From Laetmonice hystrix (Eukaryota): a stretch of 33,000 nucleotides of DNA. Where the stretch lies: assembly GCA_965235115.1 (NCBI GenBank), contig OZ249437.1, positions 22,413,001 through 22,446,000 of the forward strand. Reading direction: 5' to 3'. The notes beneath the pieces were generated by a model. It made no database searches, was not told the origin of the DNA, and saw only the letters and a list, made by a program, of their open reading frames with translations. Positions 23,714 to 33,000 of the stretch are shown here, in pieces. Position numbers and translations under genes: made by a program. The first letter of the stretch is position 1. Every line of letters starts with the position of its first letter.

Positions 23714-24225
23714 ACCGTCCCCTGCTGTACTCGGCAGTTTCTCATTCCATGGCCAGGGATATCTTCCTTCATTGTCACGGTCAGGTTGGTGTATTCACGA
23801 CCGTCCCCTGCTGTACTCGGCAGTTTCTCATTCCATGGCCAGGGATATCTTCCTTCATTGTCACGGCCAGGTTGGTCTGTACACGACCGTCCCCTGCTGT
23901 ACTCGGCAGTTTCTCATTCCATGGCCAGGGATATCTTCCTTCATTGTCACGGTCAGGTTGGTCTATACACGACCGTCCCCTGCTGTACTCGGCAGTTTCT
24001 CATTCCATGGCCAGGGATATCTTCCTTCATTGTCACGGTCAGGTTGGTCTATGTACACGACCGTCCCCTGCTGTACTCGGCAGTTTCTCATTCCATGGCC
24101 AGGGATATCTTCCTTCATTGTCACGGTCAGGTTGGTCTATGTACACGACCGTCCCCTGCTGTACTCGGCAGTTTCTCATTCCATGGTCAGGGATATCTTC
24201 CTTCATTGTCACGGTCAGGTTGGTC
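23714..24225. repeat. 86-88-bp minisatellite, 6 copies
   Basis: ACCGTCCCCTGCTGTACTCGGCAG... at 23714, 23800, 23886, 23972, 24060 and 24148. Confidence 0.97.
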
Positions 24226-24631
24226 GAAACGCAGACCCCGTTTTTGTCATAAGTCGAGATCTTTTTATACCATACAGGGACTCATCTTTGTGCCACAGAA
24301 CGTACACCTGACTTGCCATATTTGGTGTTATGATCTATAAATATTATTTTTCCCAGATCGGTTTAAGAATAAACAAAAGTAAATTAAAGGTCACAAGTTT
24401 ACCAGGACTGAACCTCATCCGATATACATGTAGCCAGTTTATACATCGTATAGCCCGGTAGTGATTGGTACTCATCTTTGTGGGTCATTCAGGGTATATT
24501 CTCAATGGTGGATCATAGCTAACACTCAAGTCGTGGTCCTTCTGTACCAACCCGTACAGAGAGGAGATCCTGCTTTATCCGACAGCATTGTTAGATAACT
24601 CTGTGTCTGTGTAGTCAGTACGTGACTGACC

Positions 24632-24974
24632 TGAGCACGGACAGGCTGAAACAGTTCTCCCACCCATGGAGTTATGAGCACTGACAGGCTGAAACAGTTC
24701 TCCCACCCATAGAGTTATGAGCGCAGACAGGCTGAAACAGCTCTCCCACCCATGGAGTTATGAGCACGGACAGGCTGAAACAGTTCTCCCACCCATAGAG
24801 TTATGAGCACAGACAGGCTGAAACAGTTCTCCCACCCATGGAGTTATGAGCACGGACAGGCTGAAACAAATTCTCCCACCCATGGAGTTATGAGCACGGA
24901 CAGGCTGAAACAATTCTCCCACCCATGGAGTTATGAGCACGGACAGGCTGAAACAATTCTCCCACCCATAGAGT
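24632..24974. repeat. 43-bp minisatellite, 8 copies
   Basis: Unit TGAGCACGGACAGGCTGAAACAGTTCTCCCACCCATRGAGTTA. Confidence 0.96.
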
Positions 24975-25884
24975 ATAGCGCCGCCGACTGGGTCACATAA
25001 ACACCAGTTTTTACACTTGAAGGAACCGTTCAGCCGATGAACTAAATAAAGTAGTTGCCATTTTTGCCCTCCCCGCCCTGGCCGTCGGTTTGAGCACCCA
25101 GCCATTTAATCTGATGGAGGTGGCCGTGGCCTTACAGAATTATTCCGATTTCTGGAGCGGTTACCTCGACCTGACCTCAGAGGTCAACTTCACGCAGTGA
25201 ACAGAACAGTTACGTCAAACGGGATTTTGGGCCATAAATAAAAACAAGATTCTGTTGGTGGCCATCGGATCCTCATCCCACATTATTAACCAATCGGCTT
25301 GGACGTACCATGTCGAGAGGGTAAACACAGAGAAGTTCAGAGGAGGAAAACCGTTAAAAAACGGAAAGAGAACGCCGATCTTTTCTACCTCATCGCACTG
25401 GAGAGTGATTGGCGGAAGGAGTAAAACGGAAGTCGATGTGGCAGCCCCCACAGCGAGGTTTGGATCCTCCTCCAGGGAGTAGATGCCGGGCATGCCTGCC
25501 TCCTCCAGTATACTCTACAGTCCCCAGGGTACCCGCCCTGGAGGAGGGTGTGAGGCGGCACCCTGGCAGGGGTAGAGAGGGCTCTAACAGGGCGACGTTC
25601 AGGGTGAGGGATGGGGGGAGGGACGTCTGTGGATCAGACAGACGCAAGGTGTGAAGGTAGACTACAGAGGGCTGGCAATAATTAGTCTGACCGGCTGACC
25701 GTGGAGGGCCCCCGACCAGGTGATGGAGGAGACAGGGTGTGAACAGTACACACTGGAGGAAGGCTCCAGGCGGGCGACCATGACGGCACCCCGACCTTTT
25801 TATTGTCCCCGTCACTGACAGCGTCTGCGTATAGGTCTTCATCAGTGCTGCCACCTGGCGAGCTCGCGACCGGCGGCTCCTTAG

Positions 25885-25980
25885 GGGCATTACACCTGAG
25901 GTTAGGGTGGGGCCCAGGGGCAGTACACCTGAGGTTAGGGTGGGGCCCAGAAGCAGTACACCTGAGGTTAGGGTGGGACC
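25885..25980. repeat. 33-bp repeat x3
   Basis: TACACCTGAGGTTAGGGTGGG at 25891, 25924 and 25957. Confidence 0.92.
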
Positions 25981-26000
25981 CAGCGAGCATAGGTACGAAA

Positions 26001-26161
26001 TGATACACACTTAGCAACCGATAATAGGTACGGGATGATACACAATTAGCAACCGATAATAGGAAACGGAATGATACATACATAGCAACCGATAATTGTT
26101 AACGGGGTGATACACACTTAGCAACCGATAATAGGTTATAATACACACATAGCAACCGATA
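26001..26161. repeat. ~35-bp degenerate minisatellite, ~5 copies
   Basis: TGATACACACTTAGCAACCGATAATAGG-like units. Confidence 0.9.
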
Positions 26162-26696
26162 TTCGAGGTACCAAGAAGATAACGTTACCATAAATTGTTA
26201 TTCACGTGATTTTGTTTTTGTCGAAGTTTTCTTTAGGTTTGCCTCATCCCATATGTGCATTACCATAATTTGACCTTGACATGTAACCTCAACCCTCGTT
26301 AACCTTGACCCTTGACCTCTGTGCTGTCCTGTGTGACTGTGTTGTAATGTTTTGTGTCTTTGTCTTTCGTTTCTAGGTAAAATTGACGACCTTGGCAATG
26401 ATGACAAGGCAGACGATATAGACAATGGTGGGTCCAAAAACCTATGTATTAACCTTCATACGACCTTGAACTTGCACCCTTTTCGGGGTCACCTCTGACC
26501 TCTGAAAACTGTCTTAGATAGGAAACTATACGTAGAACACTTAAGAACCAGACACTAGCAAACTATAGCGCTTTATTCGTAGACAGTCGGTGTACTTGTT
26601 ACGCTTACATTGACCATGGGCGGAGGATAGGCACCCTAGAGTTGTCCAAGTAAATCGATGTGTGTATGTTCATCTTGTCTATCTGTGTAGTCTGTA

Positions 26697-27117
26697 GTCG
26701 TCTTCTTGTTTCCTGCAATCACTGTGTTGAACGTTGAAATGTGAAACAAGTTGTCGTCTTCTTGTTTCCTGCAATCAATGTGTTAAACGTTGAAATGTGA
26801 AACAAGTTGTCTTCTTGTTTCCTGCAATCACTGTGTTGAACGTTGAAATGTGAAACAAGGACACATCCGATTGTCGTCTTCTTGTTTCCTGCAATCACTG
26901 TGTTGAACGTTGAAATGTGAAACAAGTTGTCGTCTTCTTGTTTCCTGCAATCAATGTGTTAAACGTTGAAATGTGAAACAAGTTGTCTTCTTGTTTCCTG
27001 CAATCACTGTGTTGAACGTTGAAATGTGAAACAAGGACACATCCGATTGTCGTCTTCTTGTTTCCTGCAATCACTGTCTTGAACGTTGAAATGTGAAACA
27101 AATACACATCCGATTGT
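26697..27117. repeat. ~56-bp minisatellite, 7 units, 176-bp trimeric higher-order repeat
   Basis: Unit TTGTCGTCTTCTTGTTTCCTGCAATCACTGTGTTGAACGTTGAAATGTGAAACAAG; GACACATCCGA follows every third unit. Confidence 0.95.
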
Positions 27118-27746
27118 TGCTGAGAGTGAAACTACAGTAGAGAATTGTTGCATGCATTGGGTTCTTATATGTGTGTCCTGCTTGTTAAATGGACACATAA
27201 ACACCTACTCATTTACTCGGATATTTAATCTCAGACATTTCTTAGATTAGTTTTGACCATGGACAATTTTTACAGAAAGTCGATATTTTAATATAATGTA
27301 TGATCTGGGAGGGTAAGAATTTCTGTACTGCCATTATTGCGGCGGTATCACTCAGGTTTAGCAGATGGTGTCAGAATGAATGCAGTCTGAGCGCATGTAA
27401 AAGGATTTTTCGCCCCCTGGGGTGCTATTCTAGGCGTAAGAATAAGAATAACCGTTTGAGAAGGGTTCAGGCCATCGCCTCCGTTCGTCACCATTTATGA
27501 GCTGGCGCCTGACTGAACGTAGGTTACGTCTGGCGGTCGGTCTGGGCATGCGCAGTTAACGAACGGTGAGACTGAGCATGGTCGACGCACATGTTAACCT
27601 TTATTGGCTGATCAAGGTAGCATCCATCACACTGGCAGTCAGTCAGAGCTACCACCGACCCGCGAACTCGGCACCAACCGCCTGCCAACACCTCCCTAAA
27701 CAACCCTAGCAACGTGCCTCGTATTTTTACATCTGGATCCTAGCCT

Positions 27747-27760
27747 GTCACCATAGCGAC
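27747..27760. promoter_or_regulatory. RFX X-box-like motif
   Basis: GTCACCATAGCGAC; partial X-boxes at ~27898-27943 and NRF1-like GCATGCGCA at ~27547. Confidence 0.4.
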
Positions 27761-28549
27761 CAAAGAGACTTAAAATGTTTTCTCAAGCTACTGTAGGGTG
27801 TAAAAAAGTATGAAATCTTTCCCGGGGAAAACAAACAAAGATTTGGCGATGTATTTGTTGAGAACACAGACAGGTTATAAGTTTACAGACAGACTGTGTT
27901 GCCATGCTAGAGTTACATTGCTAAGGTTACGGCCATAGCAACCATTTTCATACACTGTTGTGTGTATAGCAAACAAAGTATGTCTGAGCAAATATCACAT
28001 GGGCTGGACGACGGCTATGTTACATCTGTAAGGGCTCAGTGGGCGATAATAGGTGAAGATGAACCCGGGCGGTGGACCTGTACCTGGGTACTGTCTGTGA
28101 GTGGGGTGCTATCATCTCTCGTTCTTATCTTACACAGATAGCGAGCCCTGCCACGCGGGGGACGGGGTAACCACCCCAGATTAACAGATGAGTCGGGATG
28201 CGATGTTTGGGGTAGAAAAAAGGGGTAAAGATCAGAGAAAGATTGTGACAGGGAGAAAGAGCGGAGTTTTTGTGAGCCTGCAGACATCGTTTATCTGTTT
28301 CTGTGTAAGGGGTGACGGGTGAGGGTAGAAGAAGGGGGTACAGGAACTGCTGGGGGTTTCTGACGTACCCCTGTCAAGGGGCTCGGCTGCTTCAAACAAA
28401 GTAAGGTTTCTGATCAGTGGACGCTCAGCGGGGTGGTGTGATTAGGGAAAGGGTGATTAATAAAAACCCTTCATACATAGATGGAGGGGGTACTAAGGGT
28501 GTTTTAAATGTACACCTGGGCTGGGGAATGGTCTCTGGAGTGGTATTAA

Positions 28550-28914
28550 ATGAACATTCTTTGGTCTGTGGTATGTAACTGCTGAAGGCTATGGCTATTG
28601 ATGAACATTCTTTGGTCTGTGGTATGTAACTGTTGAAGGCTATGGCTATGGATGAACATTCTTTGGTCTGTGGTATGTAACTGCTGAAGGCTATGGCTAT
28701 GGATGAACATTCTCTGGTCTGTGGTATGTAACTGTTGAAGGCTATGGCTATGGATGAACATTCCCTGGTCTGTGGTATGTAACTGTTGAAGGCTATGGCT
28801 ATGGATGAACATTCTCTGGTCTGTGGTATGTAACTGTTGAAGGCTATGGCTATGGATGAACATTCTCTGGTCTGTGGTATGTAACTGTTGAAGGCTATGG
28901 CTATGGATGAACAT
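28550..28914. repeat. 51-bp minisatellite, ~7 copies
   Basis: Unit ATGAACATTCTYTGGTCTGTGGTATGTAACTGYTGAAGGCTATGGCTATGG. Confidence 0.96.
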
Positions 28915-29007
28915 GTAGGAAGGAGCTCAAGTGTGGATTGGAAGCTGAGATAATGTTCGTCTGGCACCAATTATCTCCTTCAGACATGTATCATATATCA
29001 CAACACA

Positions 29008-29095
29008 CCTGCCCCCTGCCCCCTGCCCCCTGCCCCTGCCCCCTGCCCCCCTGCCCCCTGCCCCTGCCCCCTGCCCCCTGCCCCTGCCCCCTGCC
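29008..29095. repeat. (CCCC(C)TG)n C-rich simple repeat
   Basis: Read directly; G-run pattern on the minus strand. Confidence 0.93.
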
Positions 29096-29448
29096 GGCCA
29101 GGGCTGAGGTATGACGAAGTTACAGCACCCGGCATCACCTCCCCACCTTGAAGGGGGGGGGGCGGAATCAAGTTGGTGTATGGACCGACCGAATGGAAAA
29201 CGGCAACTTTGTGAACCGGGTCTGAGAGGGGTCAGGGGGTTGGGGTGGGGAGTATGTGGTCCGGTTTGTGGGGGTGGGGTGGGTGGGGGAGGGTGTGGTC
29301 CGGCTCGTGTCGGTGGGGTGGGGTGGGGTGGGGTGGGGTGGGGTAGGATGGTAGTACAGAATGGCAGTGGACACCTCATTTGTCGGTGTCTGTTGATCTG
29401 ATATGTTGGCGCCATGAACGGTTGAGATCACTGAGTAACAATTTGATC

Positions 29449-29877
29449 GTAGCGGTGAGGGTGGGTGCAGGGATTGAGGTGTGGGTGTATCTCCATACGG
29501 CACCTCACACCATACAGGGACCCAGGAGGTACAACCTACCTGATGGTAGCGGTGAGGGTGGGTGTAGGGATTGAGGTGTGGGGGTATCTCTATGCGGCAC
29601 CTCACATCATACAGGGACCCAGGAGGGACCGTACAACCTACCTGATGGTAGCGGTGAGGATGGGTGCAGGGATTGAGGTGTGGGGGTATCTCCATACGGC
29701 ACCTCACACCATACAGGGACCCAGGAGGTACAACCTACCTGATGGTAGCGGTGAGGGTGGGTGCAGGGATTGAGGTGGGGGTGTATCTCCATACGACACC
29801 TCACATCATACAGGGACCCAGGAGGGACCGTACAACCTACCTTATCGTAGCGGTGAGGGAGGGTGCAGGGATTGAGG
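29449..29877. repeat. Alternating 97/102-bp tandem repeat (199-bp dimer), ~4.3 units
   Basis: GTAGCGGTGAGG at 29449, 29546, 29648, 29745 and 29847. Confidence 0.95.
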
Positions 29878-30494
29878 GACCAGGAGGGAGTGAAGGACCG
29901 AGATGGCTGAGGGACCGTACAACCCATAGAACCCATCACTGTAAGGATGGACCGGGTAAGGAGTTCGGGTTAGAGCTGGTACCAGGAATACTGACCGATT
30001 TGTAGTACTCGTACAATGGTCTAGTACGGACAGTAACCATGGCGGTGCCGAGCATGTGGCGCCCCCTGTAAATAGCTGAAGATGTACCCAGATTCCCCCA
30101 CCTACCCCAGCCTTCAGTGTACCCCGACTCCTCACACCCCAAGGTGACCAGTAATCCCGTACCGTTAATCCCTATCAGGAGACGCGGTCCCGGATTAAGA
30201 TTAGGTCCTTGATGTTGGTTTAATGTCTCCCTAATCTCTGCTGCCCGTTACCACTGGCTCGGTAACTAATTTGATGTTACATTACGTGATACGGGTAGCG
30301 CCGGTATATGTTGGCCGTTACATCTAAAGGACACCATGATTCATATAACATATCTGGTGGGCCGCTCTTCCCCGGGAGGGGGGCGGGGGTGGGGGGTTAT
30401 CCCCCGGGAATTTGGTTCAAGTCAGGTGGTCCCGCGTCCTGACGAGAAATCAGTACACCCCTTGTAACGTGATGGCCACAAGATTCAAGGATAA

Positions 30495-30788
30495 ATGTAG
30501 ACTTCATTGACCGTAAAATATAGGGCCTCTGTGGCTTACAGTACCGAGATACAGAATGTAGACTTCATTGACCGTAAAATATAGGGCCTCTGTGGCTTAC
30601 AGTACCGAGATACAGAATGTAGACTTCATTGACCGTAAAATATAGGGCCTCTGTGGCTTACAGTACCGAGATACCGAATGACCGTAAAATATAGGGCCTC
30701 TGTGGCTTACAGTACCGAGATACAGAATGTAGACTTCATTGACCGTAAAATATAGGGCCTCTGTGGCTTACAGTACCGAGATACCGAA
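30495..30788. repeat. 61-bp minisatellite, 5 copies, one with an internal deletion
   Basis: Unit AATGTAGACTTCATTGACCGTAAAATATAGGGCCTCTGTGGCTTACAGTACCGAGATACAG. Confidence 0.96.
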
Positions 30789-31181
30789 TTGTACACATAT
30801 TACGATAAATACAGACTCTTGTCTTCACTTGTAGAAGGACACTCTGTACTGACTGTAAAATCTTCAGACAAGTATAGATCTACATCTTGTCGACCGTTGA
30901 GAATAAGACCGTGCCGATTTCAGTATGACAAAATTTCTTATTGCGAGCCGAATAAAGCTATATTTGATCAGAGGCAGAGTTAGGAGGTGAGGGGGGGTGA
31001 GGTGGGGGGGGGGGGGTGAGGTGGGGGGGGGGCGGGGGGTGAGGTGGGGAGGGAGGTTGATTAAAGGGGATCAGAGCCAACAGGTGCCCGGTGCTGAAGG
31101 TAGGATAGATTTAATGTTTTAATGGATGAAGGATCAGGATTTGCCCCTCAGCCACAGTATCAGTCCTCTGATGGTATGAAG

Positions 31182-31213
31182 GTCGCCATGGGAACCGTCG
31201 TGTCCATGGATAC
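31182..31213. promoter_or_regulatory. Tandem pair of RFX X-box-like motifs
   Basis: GTCGCCATGGGAAC (31182-31195) and GTGTCCATGGATAC (31200-31213). Confidence 0.45.
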
Positions 31214-31476
31214 AGCTGGAGGTGGCGAGGAACCTGGGTAAACAAGTCGGTTTGAGGTATATACGAAACGCGACACTCTGTGGTCTGTGGTTAAGAACGG
31301 AGTTGAGTGAGAATTCTAACATTATGGCAGATCCCCGATGGTAAAATCTCCACCAGATTAAGATTAAGGTTAGGATTAGATCTGGTGCCAGGAATAGTGA
31401 TCGAGGTTTAGTGTTTTAGTTCGGTATGTCTTGTGTGTACCAGTAGGCCTATAAGATCCAGAATCCTAACCGGATG

Positions 31477-31525
31477 TGACGTCATTATCACACAACCTCA
31501 TTTGCATAAGTAGCGTCTGACGTCA
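31477..31525. promoter_or_regulatory. CRE-octamer-CRE motif module
   Basis: TGACGTCA 31477-31484, ATTTGCAT 31500-31507, TGACGTCA 31518-31525. Confidence 0.45.
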
Positions 31526-31940
31526 TCTCAGGGTTGTTAACTGAAGGTACGCCTCGAAATGTTTGGTGTATTTGAGCATGTTTGGCTTTAATATTCTTGA
31601 CTGAAATTCAGTTTTCTGAATCTGTAGATAGTTCCGATATGAAGTCTTTGCCGAACATTGTATCACGTCCTGACATCAAAGGACTGTGATGGCGGTTGTT
31701 TTAAGCAGACGAAATGACTGTTAATGTACTGATTAAACTCAGCGCAGTGCTCGGCGTCGGCAGTAAACTGTTAAATAAGCGCCTGAAAGTAGAATTAGGT
31801 CAAGTTAATTACGAAGGCAGCAGAATGCCAGAATCCTGTCATCCGGGCAACATAACTGAGTGTAGCGCCACCTCACGGTCATTACCATGGTGATGGAATG
31901 TTGATGTAGATTCTACGGAAGTTCTGTCCCAATTAAACGT

Positions 31941-31980
31941 GGCGGAAGTCGTTGAACATGGCGTCATATAATGACGTCAT
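31941..31980. promoter_or_regulatory. Promoter-like cluster: ETS, YY1, CRE
   Basis: GCGGAAGT, AACATGGCG and ATGACGTCAT within 40 bp. Confidence 0.35.
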
Positions 31981-32277
31981 AAATGGTTACCTGGCGGAGG
32001 ATGGATGTGATTCGCGTTGTTACGTGTTGACCTGACGGGGTTCCGAACAGAATGCCCGAGAGCCTTCAAACACTCATAAACTACCCTTACAATGTTTTAT
32101 TACCATACATGTCAGCGTATATCATCCTAACAGTTGTTCACTAATTAACTGCTCAGTTTGTTGGTCGAGGTTGGCTAGAACAAGTATCGCACTTGTTGGA
32201 TATAAAAATGGTAACCACCTGTCCTTGGAGGTTAGAGTTTGAACTGCCGTTCGAAGTATGCACTGACTGCCTTCATA

Positions 32278-33000
32278 CCCCGGCCCTGTCGTGTATACCT
32301 CCCACCACCCCGCCCGGTGGGCAGTGGGCGGTGGGCCCAGACCCCGGCCCTGTCGTGTAGGCCTACCTCCCTCCACCCCGCCCGGTGGGCAGTGAGCGGT
32401 GGGCCCAGACCCCGGCCCTGTCGTGTAGGCCTACCTCCCTCCACCCCGCCCGGTGGGCAGTGAGCGGTGGGCCCAGACCCCGGCCCTGTCGTGTAGGCCT
32501 ACCTCCCTCCACCCCGCCCGGTGGGCAGTGAGCGGTTGGTCCAGACCCCGGCCCTGTCGTGTAGGCCTACCTCCCTCCACCCCGCCCGGTGGGCAGTGAG
32601 CGGTGGGTCCAGACCCCGGCCCTGTCGTGTACCTCCCACCACCCCGCCCGGTGGGCAGTGAGCGGTGGGTCCAGACCCCGGCCCTGTCGTGTACCTCCCA
32701 CCACCCCGCCCGGTGGGCAGTGAGCGGTGGGTCCAGACCCCGGCCCTGTCGTGTACCTCCCACCACCCCGCCCGGTGGGCAGTGAGCGGTGGGCCCAGAC
32801 CCCGGCCCTGTCGTGTACCTCCCACCACCCCGCCCGGTGGGCAGTGAGCGGTGGGTCCAGACCCCGGCCCTGTCGTGTACCTCCCACCACCCCGCCCGGT
32901 GGGCAGTGAGCGGTGGGTCCAGACCCCGGCCCTGTCGTGTACCTCCCACCACCCCGCCCGGTGGGCAGTGAGCGGTGGGCCCAGACCCCGGCCCTGTCGT
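32278..33000. repeat. 62/68-bp GC-rich minisatellite, >=11 copies, truncated by window end
   Basis: Unit CCCCGGCCCTGTCGTGTA(GGCCTA)CCTCCC(A/T)CCACCCCGCCCGGTGGGCAGTGAGCGGTGGG(T/C)CCAGA; a block of 68-bp units followed by 62-bp units. Confidence 0.97.

Noticed and set aside
25470-25514. Minus-strand peptide SILEEAGMPGIYSL resembling the C-terminal region of RTE-type LINE ORF2
   Set aside because: Too short, preceded by a stop codon, and no RT motifs or downstream W-x-GH motif in frame.
25900-25975. TTAGGG as telomeric sequence
   Set aside because: Single hexamers within a 33-bp unit, not tandem telomeric repeats.
30414-30424. Pol III B-box-like GGTTCAAGTC
   Set aside because: No suitably spaced A-box or cloverleaf, so no tRNA or SINE call.
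32122-32971. Multiple overlapping ORFs at the window end
   Set aside because: Products of a stop-poor, GC-rich 62/68-bp array.
1-33000. Arrays as CRISPR loci
   Set aside because: Units are contiguous with no unique spacers, no cas-like ORFs are present, and the context is eukaryote-like.

Overview
This window reads as non-coding animal genomic DNA, most likely intronic or intergenic and from a bilaterian invertebrate. That assignment is inference from abundant CpG, many TGACCT motifs and CTCF-like motifs. I found no recognisable protein-coding gene, RNA gene, CRISPR array or autonomous transposon ORF. About 30 mutually unrelated minisatellite arrays (units of 14-103 bp) make up roughly 12 kb, about 37% by my hand tally. 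They alternate with short unique segments, and they generate almost all of the long ORFs in the track. Several arrays have higher-order structure, internal palindromes or templated-looking junctions. The unique segments carry many transcription-factor consensus motifs (CTCF-like, RFX X-box, CRE/octamer, ETS/YY1, nuclear-receptor elements). A speculative four-exon minus-strand gene model can be drawn from splice signals but has no homology support. I cannot show a new biological system. The best leads are the apparent local tandem-duplication process and the possible amplification of regulatory motifs by the arrays.
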